64,000 nt of DNA from an uncultured delta proteobacterium (lineage in GTDB: Bacteria > Myxococcota_A > Polyangia > Polyangiales > Houyiibacteriaceae), in assembly GCA_963699755.1 (NCBI GenBank), contig CAVOVB010000010.1, positions 32,001 through 96,000 of the forward strand. Reading direction: 5' to 3'. Position numbers and translations under genes: made by a program. The notes under the pieces are model-generated. The model did not search any database. It saw only the letters and a program-made list of their open reading frames with translations, and was not told the origin of the DNA. Positions 28,866-39,688 of this stretch are shown here, in pieces (positions within the stretch are counted from its first letter, which is position 1; each line of letters opens with the position of its first letter).

Positions 28866-31307
28866 TTAGAGGATTAGGTTGAGGATTTTGTTGGGGACCC
28901 AGATGGTCTTGCGGACGGGCTTGTTGTCGAGCTGGCTGCTCAGGGCTTTGCGGGCGGCGGCCAGAGCCTGGGCTTCGCTGGCATCTTTGGGAAGGGTGAT
29001 GCGGCCCCGAACTTTGCCGTTGATTTGGACGGGCACCTCGACTTGGTCTTCTTCACAGAGGGCAGGGTCGTAACTCGGCCAGGGTTGGTTCTGGATGCTC
29101 GGGCTGTGACCAAGCATTTCCCAGAGCTCCTCGCCGATGTGCGGGGCGAAGGGATGAAGGAGCTTGGCGAGCACTTCCAGTACTTCGATCGGAACCACGT
29201 CGAGCTTCATGAGCTCGTTGCTGAGAACCATCATCGCGCTGATCGCAGTGTTGAAGCGCATCCCTTCGATGTCTTCGGTGCATTTGCGAATCGTTCGATG
29301 CAAGAGGCGCGTCAGCGGCTCGTCGGGCTCGGCGTCTCCGTCCGCCCGCAGCGTGACGGTGAAGACCCGGTCGAGGAAGCGGCGCACCCCGGCAATCGAG
29401 CTGGTGCTCCAGGGTTTGGTCGCCTCGAGCGGGCCCATGAACATTTCGTAGATGCGCATCGAGTCGGCCCCAAACTCGCGCACGATGTCATCGGGGTTGA
29501 CGACGTTGCCCCGCGACTTGCTCATTTTCTGGCCGCCCTCCCCGAGAATCATCCCCTGGTGAACCAGCTTCTTGAAGGGTTCCTTGGTGGGGACGACGCC
29601 GGCGTCATACAGCACCTTGTGCCAGAAGCGCGCGTACAAGAGGTGGAGAACCGCGTGTTCGGCGCCCCCCACGTAGAGGTCGACCGGAAGCCAGTGCTTT
29701 GCGAGCTCGGTCGAGCAGAGCGTTTCGGTGTTGTGCGGGTCGATGAAGCGGAGGTAGTACCAGCAGGACCCGGCCCACTGCGGCATCGTGTTGGTCTCGC
29801 GTGCAAACCACTGTCCGTCTTTTTGGAAGAAGCGCCAATCGCGGGCGCGTGCGAGCACGCCTGCCGGGTCATCGCCGGGCTTGTAGTCGTCGAGCTCGGG
29901 CAATTGAAGCGGCAGCTCGCTCTGTGCAAGCGCCTTGGGCTGATCATATCGAATACGGAACTCGGCGCCCGCACGTGGATCGCCCGCGGTTTCGACCGGG
30001 AAGTAGATCGGAATCGGCTCCCCCCAGTACCGCTGCCTCGAGAAGTTCCAGTCGCGGAGTTTGTATTCGACGCGTGCGCGTCCCTTCCCCGCAGCCTCGA
30101 GGTCCTGGGTGACCCTGTTTTTGAACTCCGCCGTTTTCAAGCCGTCGTACTTCCCAGAGTTAACGCTCACGCCCTGCTCGACCATCGCTTCTTTCAGGGG
30201 ACTGCCGCTCGGTGCGCCGGTCTTGCTGACCACCTCGATGATCGGTATGCCGTGCGCGGTCGCGAACTCGAAGTCGCGCTCGTCGTGTGCGGGTACAGCC
30301 ATGATCGCGCCGGTGCCATAGCCCCAGAGCACGTAGTCGGCGATGTAGATCGGAATCTCGGCACCGTTGACCGGGTTGATCGCCAAGCCGCCGGTGAAGA
30401 CACCGGTCTTTTCCTTGCTCGCTTGGCGGTCACGTTCGCTCTTGTTCTTGGCCAGCTCGACGTAGGCTTCGACTTCCGGACGCTGTGCATCCATCGTCAC
30501 CTGCTCGACCAGAGGATGCTCCGGCGCGAGCACCATGAAGGTCGCGCCAAAAAGCGTGTCCGGCCGCGTGGTGAACACTTCGATCGTCGCGTCGTGTCCG
30601 ACGACGGCGAACTTCACTTCGGCCCCTTCGGAACGCCCGATCCATTCCTGTTGCATGATGCGCGTACTGTTCGGCCACTCGACGCCGTCGAGGTCTGCCA
30701 GGAGCCGGTCGGCGTACGCAGTGATCTTCAGCACCCACTGGCGAAGTGGGACACGCTCGACCGGATGCCCTCCTCGCTCGCTGAGGCCGTTGATCACCTC
30801 TTCGTTGGCGAGCACCGTGCCGAGCGCCGCGCACCAGTTCACCGGAATCTCACTCTGGTACGCGAGCCCCCGCTCGAAGAGCTTGAGAAAGATCCACTGC
30901 GTCCACTTCACGTAATCGGGTGAGGTCGTGTCGATCTCGCGGGCCCAGTCGTAGCTGAAACCGAGCATTTTGAGCTGACGCTTGAAGGTCGCGATGTTCG
31001 TAGCGGTGGTCTCGCGCGGATGGGTGCCGGTGAGGATCGCATGCTGCTCTGCGGGCAAACCAAATGCATCCCAGCCCATCGGATGAAGCACGTCGTAGCC
31101 GGCGGCGCGGCGATAGCGGGCCATGATGTCGGTCGCCGTGTAGCCCTCGGGATGCCCGACGTGCAGGCCCGAGCCCGAGGGATACGGGAACATGTCCAGG
31201 ATGTATGCTTTCGGATGGTCGCCGCCTTCGGGCGTGCGGAACGTGTCGTCCTTCTCCCAAAAGGCCTGCCACTTGGGCTCAATCGTCGCTGGGTCGTAGC
31301 GCGTCAT
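28866..31307 (-). CDS. leuS: Leucyl-tRNA synthetase
   Basis: MFPYPSG-GLHVGH (HIGH), [10 protein letters not shown] editing domain, SRQRYWG and KMSKS motifs; start could be 31319 or 31307. Confidence 0.98.
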   Translation of the reverse strand: MTRYDPATIEPKWQAFWEKDDTFRTPEGGDHPKAYILDMFPYPSGSGLHVGHPEGYTATDIMARYRRAAGYDVLHPMGWDAFGLPAEQHAILTGTHPRETTATNIATFKRQLKMLGFSYDWAREIDTTSPDYVKWTQWIFLKLFERGLAYQSEIPVNWCAALGTVLANEEVINGLSERGGHPVERVPLRQWVLKITAYADRLLADLDGVEWPNSTRIMQQEWIGRSEGAEVKFAVVGHDATIEVFTTRPDTLFGATFMVLAPEHPLVEQVTMDAQRPEVEAYVELAKNKSERDRQASKEKTGVFTGGLAINPVNGAEIPIYIADYVLWGYGTGAIMAVPAHDERDFEFATAHGIPIIEVVSKTGAPSGSPLKEAMVEQGVSVNSGKYDGLKTAEFKNRVTQDLEAAGKGRARVEYKLRDWNFSRQRYWGEPIPIYFPVETAGDPRAGAEFRIRYDQPKALAQSELPLQLPELDDYKPGDDPAGVLARARDWRFFQKDGQWFARETNTMPQWAGSCWYYLRFIDPHNTETLCSTELAKHWLPVDLYVGGAEHAVLHLLYARFWHKVLYDAGVVPTKEPFKKLVHQGMILGEGGQKMSKSRGNVVNPDDIVREFGADSMRIYEMFMGPLEATKPWSTSSIAGVRRFLDRVFTVTLRADGDAEPDEPLTRLLHRTIRKCTEDIEGMRFNTAISAMMVLSNELMKLDVVPIEVLEVLAKLLHPFAPHIGEELWEMLGHSPSIQNQPWPSYDPALCEEDQVEVPVQINGKVRGRITLPKDASEAQALAAARKALSSQLDNKPVRKTIWVPNKILNLIL

Positions 31308-31344
31308 CGCGCCTGCCATAGCACGGCGGCACGCGGGTCGCGAT

Positions 31345-32448
31345 CTATGGACAGCTACGGAGCTGGGCGATCCACTCGCTCAGAAGCTGAGTGCCGAACG
31401 GGTCGACGTTCGAGGTGCCAAGCGAAGGCATGCGCTGCTCGGCATCGAGGTCGAATCTTTGCATGATGCCGGAGCCGGCTGGATCTCGGGGCGCGATGCG
31501 AGGCGTGCCTTGCCACTCGGGGAAGTACCTCATGGGCTCGCAGAGCCCGCTTTCTTCGAGGGAGACTTCGTAGCGCAGGTCGAGTCCGTGGAGCGCCGTG
31601 TCCGCGTAGGCGTTGGGCCGGTGGCAGTGCGAGCAGTTCGCGTCGAGGTACGCCCGGGCTCGGTCCTCGAGGCTCCCCTCGCCCTCATGAGGATTCGCCA
31701 TCCTTGGCTCGGCGCTGGGCTCGATTTCTCCAGCCGGGTCGATGACCTTGGATAGCAGGTCGATCTCTGTCATCGCGGCGAGCTGGTTCACGACCACGCC
31801 ATCGTAGTTGTGGAGGCGGTTGATCTGAGCGGTCTTCGGGCCCAGCACCTCATGAAAACCCTCGAAGTGGCAGGCGGTGCAATCTTCGCGCTGCGGGAAC
31901 AGATACTCGATGACTTCGGGCCCGCCGCTTGCTTGAATCGTGTATTCGACGGTCTTGCGCGCCTCGAGGAGCTCTGCGTCGGTGCCATCGTCGTTCCACT
32001 GGTAGGTGTAATAGTCCCAGCGGCCGCTGGTGCGGACCATGAAGCGTGTCTCGACAGCGCGGCGGCTCTCCGGATCGCCCGCCGCAAACTCGAATCCGAA
32101 AACCTTGATCAGAACACTTCCGTCCGGATAGCGCCACGACCCGTTCTCGGAGATGCTGATTCGTTCGGGGCTCGGCACGACCATGTATCGCGGCTTGAAC
32201 GCGCCATCGGTCCAGAGCGCGGAATTGACCTCGTAGGGAATGAGATCGGGTCCGGGCTCGAGCGCCTTGAGGTCGACGAAACAGCCGGTGTCGGAAAGGC
32301 GCGCCGGCATGCCCTCGGATAGATCGGGCAGACAGGTCTGCACCTCGGGACGTGGCTGCAAAGCAGGACCCGCCCGCGACGAACCATCGTCTCCGCAGCT
32401 CATCAAGAGGAGGGCCAAAAGGCAGCCCCCAGTTTGCCTGTACCCCAT
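31345..32448 (-). CDS. Diheme c-type cytochrome lipoprotein (SO2930/HNE_0200-like)
   Basis: LLMSC lipobox; LSDTG-F, PYEVNS-LWTDGA-K-R, ETR and RARAYL motifs; two heme motifs, CTACH and CSHCH. Confidence 0.75.
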   Translation of the reverse strand: MGYRQTGGCLLALLLMSCGDDGSSRAGPALQPRPEVQTCLPDLSEGMPARLSDTGCFVDLKALEPGPDLIPYEVNSALWTDGAFKPRYMVVPSPERISISENGSWRYPDGSVLIKVFGFEFAAGDPESRRAVETRFMVRTSGRWDYYTYQWNDDGTDAELLEARKTVEYTIQASGGPEVIEYLFPQREDCTACHFEGFHEVLGPKTAQINRLHNYDGVVVNQLAAMTEIDLLSKVIDPAGEIEPSAEPRMANPHEGEGSLEDRARAYLDANCSHCHRPNAYADTALHGLDLRYEVSLEESGLCEPMRYFPEWQGTPRIAPRDPAGSGIMQRFDLDAEQRMPSLGTSNVDPFGTQLLSEWIAQLRSCP

Positions 32449-32497
32449 GGCTCTTCTGTAGCCCAAAAGGCCGCGCGACCCAAACTCCGGGACGAGC

Positions 32498-33406
32498 TTA
32501 GCTTGCGCGAGCCCTCTCCTCGACCTTTTTCCAGCGAAAAGGTGAAAGCAGATGGTCCCAGTATCCCCTCGGAAAGTTCGGCAAAGCTTCGATGCCGATC
32601 TCCGTCGGGGGCTCGCAGCCACTCGGCAAGAACCGAGACCGAAACACGATGTCCCAGAAGATGAGATTGGCCCCGTAGTTGCTGTTCGATTCTTCGAGGC
32701 GCTTGGAGTGATGCCAGCGGTGGAGCTCGGCCATGCTGAACAACCAGTTCAAGGGGCCAAGCCGGATGTCCAGGTTGGCGTGTTGGAACATGCCATGAAC
32801 AGCCGTGAAAAGCGTGTGCAACGCGATGATGCGCGTGTCGGCACCCAGTAGGATCAACGGGGTCAGCGCCAAGAACTGCTGCGCGAACAAGTCGAGTGGA
32901 TGAAAGCGACCCGCATTGAGCCAATAGAGCCGAGGCGCGCTGTGGTGGGCGGCGTGAAAGCGCCAAAGGAACGCGTTCTCGTGCATGAGGCGGTGAATCC
33001 AGTAGGTGCCGAGCTCGGCGATGACGAGCGCGAGCAGGAGTTGAGCGAGGAGCGGCCACTCCGCCGGCCAGAGCTTGATACCGAGCGCGTTCGAAAGCCA
33101 AGCGCCTGCGACGGTCAGCGCGCCGACGAATACGACCGCGTACACCTCCGGAATCCAGAAGTTCACCAGGTTGTGAACGAGATCGGTGCGGAGGTCGCCA
33201 TGACTGTGAAGCCATTGCTCTTGGTAGGGATGCACCCGTTCAAGGACGAGCAGCACGAGCACGACCGCACCGGTGAGCCCCATCGCGGTGAAGACCGGGT
33301 TCCAGCCCTGTGCAATCCCATAGACGCCGATCCCGAGCGAGCCGCCAAACACCAGAGGAAAGGACCCGTACCGCAGCGCCGCATCGATGAGCTCGGGCTT
33401 GTCCAT
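32498..33406 (-). CDS. Sterol desaturase / fatty acid hydroxylase family protein
   Basis: His boxes HRLMH, HAAHH, HAN and HRWHH; NYG...WD motif; TM segments. Confidence 0.9.
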   Translation of the reverse strand: MDKPELIDAALRYGSFPLVFGGSLGIGVYGIAQGWNPVFTAMGLTGAVVLVLLVLERVHPYQEQWLHSHGDLRTDLVHNLVNFWIPEVYAVVFVGALTVAGAWLSNALGIKLWPAEWPLLAQLLLALVIAELGTYWIHRLMHENAFLWRFHAAHHSAPRLYWLNAGRFHPLDLFAQQFLALTPLILLGADTRIIALHTLFTAVHGMFQHANLDIRLGPLNWLFSMAELHRWHHSKRLEESNSNYGANLIFWDIVFRSRFLPSGCEPPTEIGIEALPNFPRGYWDHLLSPFRWKKVEERARAS

Positions 33407-33423
33407 GGTTCCGCGCGATCGCC

Positions 33424-34173
33424 CTAGGTGAGCGAGTAGCCTCCATCGACCCGAATCGTCTGCCCCGTCATGAAGCGGGCGGACGAGCTTGCGAGGAAGA
33501 GGACGACGGGCGCTACGTCGTTTGGTGCGCCCCAGCGACCGAGCGGCGTCCGGTCGATGAAGGGCGTTTCGAGCGCCTCCACGCCCTTCATCAGCTTGGT
33601 CATGTTGCTTTCGATGAGACCAGGGGCGACGGCGTTCACCCGAATTCCCTCCCGGGCCCAAGTCGCTGCGAGATTCTTGGTCAGCTGAACGACGGCCGCC
33701 TTGGCCGCGCAGTACCCGGGCACGATTGGAACCGCCCGGAATGCGCCCATCGATGCGAAGTTCACCACGCTCGCTCCACCCTCGAGCTCGCTCGCGGCCA
33801 GCTTGTCTTTGCAGCCGACCGCGAGCCGATAGGCGCCGAAAAGATTGATCATGACCGACTCTTCGAAGACATCGGGCACCGCCTCGTGCTTCCCCCCTGG
33901 GAAATTTCCTCCGGCGTTGTTGACCAGGATGTCCAAGCGATCGAGCGACTGAGCCAAGGCCCCGATGGCAGCCTTGTCGCTCAGCTGCAGCTGCCGGTAC
34001 TCGTATGCAGAGAGGTCGCCCTCGTACTCGCTCGCCGAAGCACGGGTTCCGGTGATCATGACCTCGGCGTCAGCATCGATGAAGGCCTTCGCAATCGCTG
34101 CACCGATCCCATTCGAGCCTCCGGTCACGAGAACCCGGGCACCCGAGAAATCAAATGTTGCGACGTTGCTCAC
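33424..34173 (-). CDS. Short-chain dehydrogenase/reductase
   Basis: TGGSNGIG, NNAG, YCAAK, RVNAVAPG and VDGG motifs; GTG start after GAGGTG. Confidence 0.93.
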   Translation of the reverse strand: MSNVATFDFSGARVLVTGGSNGIGAAIAKAFIDADAEVMITGTRASASEYEGDLSAYEYRQLQLSDKAAIGALAQSLDRLDILVNNAGGNFPGGKHEAVPDVFEESVMINLFGAYRLAVGCKDKLAASELEGGASVVNFASMGAFRAVPIVPGYCAAKAAVVQLTKNLAATWAREGIRVNAVAPGLIESNMTKLMKGVEALETPFIDRTPLGRWGAPNDVAPVVLFLASSSARFMTGQTIRVDGGYSLT

Positions 34174-35180
34174 TAAATCACCTCTTGGTCGATATCGATC
34201 ATCACTTTGCCGCCGGCGCATGGATCGCTCGCGACGTCGATGCCTTCGCTGATTCGTTCGAGTGGGAAGCGATGGGTGATCATCGGCGAAAGGTCCCAGC
34301 GGGTCAGAAGGTCGACGGCCTCGCCGTAGTCAGCCGGGTACTCCATCGCGCCACGAATCGTCATCTGCTTCATCATCACCCAGAGAAAGCTGACGTTGAC
34401 CGACTGCTCGTGCAGCGCCACCACGGTGAGCCGAGACTCTGCCTTGGCGTTCTGCAATACGTCCGTGATCACCTTGCCCGTGCCAGACGCCTCGACGTAC
34501 GCGTCGGTGCCCGCCATGGGCGCGCCCAACAGCGGGACTTCGCCATGAAGCTTCCTGAGCTCAGTCCATGGGTCCTGCTCCGCCGCGTGGATCGTCGCCC
34601 GCGCGCCGAGCGCGGCTGCCAACTCGAGCCGGCGCGCCGAAAGATCGACGGCGACGACGTCCTCGACGCCGCGGTCCCGTAGGGTTGCGATCGCCGAAAG
34701 CCCGATCGGACCGGCCCCGAAAACAGCAACCTTGTCGCCGGCCGTGACGTCGGTCCGGTCGACGGCATTCATCCCAACGCCCAGCGGCTCCGAGAGCGCG
34801 GCGAGGTGCATGGGCAGCTCGTCAGGAATCGGAAAGAGGCAACCGCCATCGGCTGCGTTCCGAACCAGCAGCGCCTGCGTGAAGCCGCCCTCCGAGCCGC
34901 CGTTGCCGATCATGTTCGCCGAAGCGGTCGGATTGAGGACGACCCGCGTTCCCGGCGCGAGATGCGACACCTCGGCACCGACCGACTCGATGACGCCGGC
35001 AAGCTCGTGTCCGAGCGGCATGTGACGCCGAAGACCGCCCATCCGAACGTAGCGAACGTCGGTCCCGCAGACACCGCAGGCCGCGACCCGCAGGACCGCG
35101 TCACGCGGACCTGGTTTCGGTGTTTCCACATCGTCGAGCTGAACCTTGCCCGGACCGTAAATCCTGACCTGCTGGATCAT
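34173..35180 (-). CDS. Zn-dependent alcohol dehydrogenase (MDR family)
   Basis: CGVCGTD, GHELAG, EPL and GAGPIG motifs; lacks the four-Cys structural Zn loop. Confidence 0.9.
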   Translation of the reverse strand: MIQQVRIYGPGKVQLDDVETPKPGPRDAVLRVAACGVCGTDVRYVRMGGLRRHMPLGHELAGVIESVGAEVSHLAPGTRVVLNPTASANMIGNGGSEGGFTQALLVRNAADGGCLFPIPDELPMHLAALSEPLGVGMNAVDRTDVTAGDKVAVFGAGPIGLSAIATLRDRGVEDVVAVDLSARRLELAAALGARATIHAAEQDPWTELRKLHGEVPLLGAPMAGTDAYVEASGTGKVITDVLQNAKAESRLTVVALHEQSVNVSFLWVMMKQMTIRGAMEYPADYGEAVDLLTRWDLSPMITHRFPLERISEGIDVASDPCAGGKVMIDIDQEVI

Positions 35181-36436
35181 CTCTCTGCCTCGACGGGAAA
35201 CCGTTCGTAATAGAACTCGAAACGCTTGCGAAGCGCGTCCGGATCAACGCCAAAATCGCCTTGGAGGTCGTACACGATGCGGCCGTACTTCCCGCGTGGG
35301 TGTTGGGCCATGTAGCATTCGAGCTCGGCCCGCGCCGCATCGGTCGTCTCGAGCCCGGCAAGCTCGTAGATGCGCTCCACCATCGCCACATCGCCGGCCA
35401 TGAACTCGTGGAAGAGCACGTCGATGCTTCGCGACGCGGGCAGAAGCTCCCGATCGCGCACGCAAGCCCGCAACAGGCGTTCGATTCGGTCGCTCCAGTA
35501 GGCGGCCACCGCCGGCGGGTCTACCCGGGTACGTCGGAGCCGGTCGCCGTAGCTGAGCATCGTGATCGCCGAAGCGACTACCGAGACCGGGTCGCGATGG
35601 GTGAGCGCCACGGTCGCGTCCGGAAAGGTCTCGATGAGCGGCCCGAGCTGCTCCAGGTGTTGCGGCGACTTGAGGACCCAGCGATCGGGCCCTTTGATCC
35701 ATTGCAAGGCCTTGAGCACCTTCTTCATGTACGCGTAGTGCGGACGCTGGTCGTGCGCGTAGTAGTAGTCCCGCCACCGAGGGACCAGCGCGAGCCATTC
35801 GGGTTGATAAGACGAGAAATCGAGATTCGCTAGCTCGATTTCTTCGTGTGCGTGGTCGGGGGCCAGGTCGTGCATGTTCCGCAGGAGCGGCGCAACCTGG
35901 CCCAGCATTCGATGCTCCTCGGCGCACCTCCGATAGCGCGGGTCCTGCTCTTTGGGCAGGCGAGCGACACTGCGATCGGGAATGGGCTCGAGGCTCTCCC
36001 AGTAAGGTAGCGAGCGGAGACGGCTGTCTGCCGCGATCAAGTTGAGCAAGTGGGTCGTGCCGGAGCGGGGAAGCCCGGCGATGATGATCGGGTTGCGGAT
36101 CTCGACGTCGAGAATTTCCGGATGACGTGCGAGCAGGTCGACGAAGCGCAATCGATTTGCCGCGTAGCGCACCATGTCGCCAAAGAATCGGACTTGGCCC
36201 ATCGGACCGAGCTCGATGTCCTCGTCGACCGCCTGGCACCAGACCGCGAGGCGCTCGCGGAAGTCGTCGGGCCCGAAATCGCAAAGCCCCGTTCGCTTCC
36301 GGGCCTCTCCCAAGACCGCATCCTCGGTGAAGCGAACGTCTGCGCCGCGAAAACCTTCGGTCACCATCTTCTGCATTGGCGTGAGCACGGGAGCGCACAG
36401 GTCCCCGATTCGAATCTCGTCTGGCCTACTGGTCAC
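35177..36436 (-). CDS. Sulfotransferase family protein (PAPS-dependent)
   Basis: 5'-PSB loop GLPRSGTTHL, WVLKSPQH and 3'-PB THRDP-S motifs. Confidence 0.88.
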   Translation of the reverse strand: MTSRPDEIRIGDLCAPVLTPMQKMVTEGFRGADVRFTEDAVLGEARKRTGLCDFGPDDFRERLAVWCQAVDEDIELGPMGQVRFFGDMVRYAANRLRFVDLLARHPEILDVEIRNPIIIAGLPRSGTTHLLNLIAADSRLRSLPYWESLEPIPDRSVARLPKEQDPRYRRCAEEHRMLGQVAPLLRNMHDLAPDHAHEEIELANLDFSSYQPEWLALVPRWRDYYYAHDQRPHYAYMKKVLKALQWIKGPDRWVLKSPQHLEQLGPLIETFPDATVALTHRDPVSVVASAITMLSYGDRLRRTRVDPPAVAAYWSDRIERLLRACVRDRELLPASRSIDVLFHEFMAGDVAMVERIYELAGLETTDAARAELECYMAQHPRGKYGRIVYDLQGDFGVDPDALRKRFEFYYERFPVEAER

Positions 36437-37719
36437 TCTTCTTCCTCAGGCGTCGACGCCTCGAAGGCCGAACGCAGATCGGCGAGCTGCTTGCGAAGCC
36501 ACTGCGTGAGCCAGAAGTTCTCGCTTTCGCCTTCCAACTGCTCATGCGCGCGGATCATCACCGCCAGCGCAGCGCGGTTGCTCGGCGATGCATCGAGCGC
36601 AGCTTCGGCGAGGTGGATCGCATGGAGCGGCTGCCCCGAAGCCAAGCGCTCGCTGGCCCGCGCCGCGACAGGTTCGGCCCCGCCCGCAAGATCGACCAGG
36701 TCCGCGTGGACGCTCTGGGCGGGCACCGCAAAGAGCTCGGTCGTCGAGCGGTGGTGAAACCAGCCTGCATAGTTCTCCCAAATCGCGCGCACGCTCCAGG
36801 AAACCTTGCCGTAACCCTGCCCAACCTCCAGCTCCGGCGGAAGCTGAATCTCCTGCATCAGGGTGTGAACGTCCTTGCCGAGGTTCATGCCCCGAACGGT
36901 CTGGTCGTGGACGTATCGAACCGCGTCGCGCAACCTGGTCAGCTCTTCGCGAATCGTCTCTTTCCCGGCGACCGGACCGTGATGCCCGGTTAGGAGCAGC
37001 TCGGGTCCGAGGGCGAGCACCGTCTCGAGCGATTCGATGAATCGCAGGGCCTCGCGATAGCGGTCGCCGCGAACCGTCACCAGGTTCGGAAAATGTCCGA
37101 AAAGCGCGCTGAAGAGATTGCCAGTGAAACAGATGCCGTGCTGGGGTAGCCAGATCACCATCGAGTCGGTCGTCTCACCGCCAGGAGTCCAAATGAGCTC
37201 CATGCGAAGCTCTCCGAGCGCGAGCTCGTGGCGCACGTCGAAGGTGATGTCGGGAGTGGGCCTCGACTGCGGATGGATACTGCCCCCAGCCTGCTCCTGG
37301 ATGAACTTCCAGGCGCGTGCGATCGCATCCGCAAAGGCAAACGCGCTTCGCGACGCCCGAAACGAAGCGATGCGCGCATCGTCGGCCTGATGTGCCAAAT
37401 TATTGGCGTGCGCGACGAGCTTGGTCCCTTCCTCGCGCATCAGGTCGACACCGCCGACGTGGTCGACGTGGCCTTGCGTCAGCAAGATATAGCGAACGGG
37501 GCTGTCATCGACAGCATCGTAGTTCCGCTTGTGAATCGGCGCCTCGAACCCCATTCCGGTGTTGACCACCACGCGCCCTTCGGACGTCGTGATCAGATAC
37601 GAGTTGGACAGGCCTTCGGATAGATAGATGAAGTCGTTGATCGGTCGGGCCTCGGGCTGCGATGCCGGCTGAATGTCGAAACCGGTCGGGCGGGAGCGGT
37701 AGAGCGGCGTCGCGGTCAT
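36433..37719 (-). CDS. Alkyl sulfatase-like MBL-fold hydrolase with dimerization domain
   Basis: TQGHVDHVGG, GETTD, FPNLVTVRGDRYR, YVHDQT-RGMN-G and YG-VSWSVRAIW-YAGWF motifs (SdsA-like). Confidence 0.85.
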   Translation of the reverse strand: MTATPLYRSRPTGFDIQPASQPEARPINDFIYLSEGLSNSYLITTSEGRVVVNTGMGFEAPIHKRNYDAVDDSPVRYILLTQGHVDHVGGVDLMREEGTKLVAHANNLAHQADDARIASFRASRSAFAFADAIARAWKFIQEQAGGSIHPQSRPTPDITFDVRHELALGELRMELIWTPGGETTDSMVIWLPQHGICFTGNLFSALFGHFPNLVTVRGDRYREALRFIESLETVLALGPELLLTGHHGPVAGKETIREELTRLRDAVRYVHDQTVRGMNLGKDVHTLMQEIQLPPELEVGQGYGKVSWSVRAIWENYAGWFHHRSTTELFAVPAQSVHADLVDLAGGAEPVAARASERLASGQPLHAIHLAEAALDASPSNRAALAVMIRAHEQLEGESENFWLTQWLRKQLADLRSAFEASTPEEEE

Positions 37720-37782
37720 AGTCTTGCAGAGGGCGGAATAGCCGAGGATAGCTGCGCTCCGGCGACCGTGCTAGAGTCCCTC

Positions 37783-37857
37783 TCGCTCGGGGCGCCACAA
37801 TGGGCTGAGAAGAACCCGTCGAACCTGATCCGGTTTGGACCGGCGTAGGGAAGCGAA
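37783..37857 (+). ncRNA. TPP riboswitch
   Basis: GGGG...CTGAGA...ACCC...AACCTGATCCGG-TTTGGA-CCGGCGTAGGGAAG consensus; P1 TCGCT/AGCGA; directly upstream of thiC. Confidence 0.95.
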
Positions 37858-37888
37858 CCATCGGCTTCTTCCCTGCAGGAGGAGCATG

Positions 37889-39664
37889 ATGAGCGATTTC
37901 AAGATACCTCTTCGAGGCGCACACAATCCGTCGACCGGGCGCGCCGGTACCACGCCAGGCTCGTTTGCGAACGCGGCAGACATCGGCGGTCCACGGGCCT
38001 TCTCTTCGCCGGACACCCCTGGCATGCCGCAGCCGAGCGACAAGACGGCCTGGGACTTCATGCCCGAAGACTGGCGCTTCCACGATGGCCGCTGGCAAGC
38101 GCCGTCTGGCTTCGTGCCCGTGACCCAGCTCGAGCATGCACGGCTCGGAATCGTGACTCCCGAGATGGTGCGCGTTGCCGAACGCGAAACGCACCTCAGC
38201 GCAGAGCAGGTGCGCGACGAGGTGGCCGCCGGTCGCATGATCATCCCCGCCAACAGAGTCCACCTCGGCTACGAGCTCGACCCGATGTGCATCGGCCGGG
38301 CAGGCCTAACGAAGGTCAATGCGAACATGGGCGCCTCACCGGTCTCTTCGGGCACCGACGAAGAGGTCGAGAAGCTCCGCTGGGCAGAGCGCTGGGGCGC
38401 CGACACGGTGATGGACCTTTCGACTGGCGGCGACCTCGATGCGACCCGCGAGGCGATCATTCGCAAAGCGCGCGTGCCGATCGGTACGGTGCCGATCTAC
38501 TCCATGATTATCGGCCGCAGCATCGAAGAGCTGACCCTCGACGTGATTCTCGAAAGCTTGCGCCATCAGGCCGCGCAAGGCGTCGACTACTTCACGATTC
38601 ACGCCGGCGTGGCACGCGAGCACCTTTCGTTGATTCGCAAGCGCCTGATCGGCATCGTGTCACGTGGCGGATCCCTGCTCGCCAAGTGGATGCTGCACCA
38701 CGGCCACGAGAACCCGATGTACACGCACTTCGAGGCGATCTGCGACCTGATGCGCGAATACGACGTCTCCTTCTCGCTCGGCGATGGCCTCCGCCCTGGC
38801 GGCCTCGCGGATGCGACCGATGATGCGCAGCTCGGCGAGCTCGATCGCCTAGGCGAGCTGACCGAACGCGCCTGGCGAAGAGGTTGCCAGGTCATGGTCG
38901 AAGGCCCGGGCCATGTGCCCTTCGACCAGATCGAATACAACATGAAGCTCCAGCGCCAGCGTTGCCACGGAGCGCCGTTTTACGTGCTCGGCCCCCTCGT
39001 CACCGACGTGTTCCCTGGCTACGACCACATCACGAGCGCGATCGGCGCGACGGCAGCGGGCTATCACGGAGCCGCGATGCTTTGCTACGTGACGCCAAAG
39101 GAGCATCTCGGCCTGCCGAAGCGCGATGACGTGAAGCAAGGTTGCATCGCCTACAAGATCGCAGCGCATGCCTCGGACGTCGCCCTCGGCATTCCTGGCT
39201 CACGCGATTGGGACGACGACCTCACACGCGCACGCGCAGCGCTCAACTGGGAGAAGCACTTCGACCTGGCCTTCGACAGCGATACGGCTCGGGCGTTTCA
39301 CGACGAGGACCTGGACGTCGATACCGATTTCTGCGCGATGTGTGGGCATGACTGGTGCTCGGTGCGAATCTCCAAAGAGATCGTCGAGTTCGAGTCGGGC
39401 AAGGCGGATGGTTTCACTCGAGACCGCGTCATGAAGTCCCCGGCTCTGACACCCGAGCAGCAGGAGATTCTTCGCACCCGCGGCCACCTCTCTCCCGAGG
39501 AGATTCACCGCCTTGCCGGTAAAACGAAAAACGCGGTTGGCGACGGGGAAAAGGCGGCCTGCCACAGCGACGTCGTCAACGACGAAACGGAAGCTTTTCG
39601 GGTCCAGAGGCAAAAGCTGCTACAGTTGGGACGCAAGGGGAATCAGGGGGTGCGACGCGCATAG
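37889..39664 (+). CDS. thiC: Phosphomethylpyrimidine synthase ThiC
   Basis: [42 protein letters not shown] and CAMCGHDWC (Fe-S) motifs; AGGAGG RBS. Confidence 0.98.
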   Translation: MSDFKIPLRGAHNPSTGRAGTTPGSFANAADIGGPRAFSSPDTPGMPQPSDKTAWDFMPEDWRFHDGRWQAPSGFVPVTQLEHARLGIVTPEMVRVAERETHLSAEQVRDEVAAGRMIIPANRVHLGYELDPMCIGRAGLTKVNANMGASPVSSGTDEEVEKLRWAERWGADTVMDLSTGGDLDATREAIIRKARVPIGTVPIYSMIIGRSIEELTLDVILESLRHQAAQGVDYFTIHAGVAREHLSLIRKRLIGIVSRGGSLLAKWMLHHGHENPMYTHFEAICDLMREYDVSFSLGDGLRPGGLADATDDAQLGELDRLGELTERAWRRGCQVMVEGPGHVPFDQIEYNMKLQRQRCHGAPFYVLGPLVTDVFPGYDHITSAIGATAAGYHGAAMLCYVTPKEHLGLPKRDDVKQGCIAYKIAAHASDVALGIPGSRDWDDDLTRARAALNWEKHFDLAFDSDTARAFHDEDLDVDTDFCAMCGHDWCSVRISKEIVEFESGKADGFTRDRVMKSPALTPEQQEILRTRGHLSPEEIHRLAGKTKNAVGDGEKAACHSDVVNDETEAFRVQRQKLLQLGRKGNQGVRRA

Positions 39665-39688
39665 CGGCGCCCGAGGAGAGGCAAGAAA

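Noticed and set aside
29025..30923. 632-aa plus-strand ORF
   Set aside because: Antisense shadow of leuS; long stop-free reverse frames are expected in GC-rich coding DNA, and it has no motifs.
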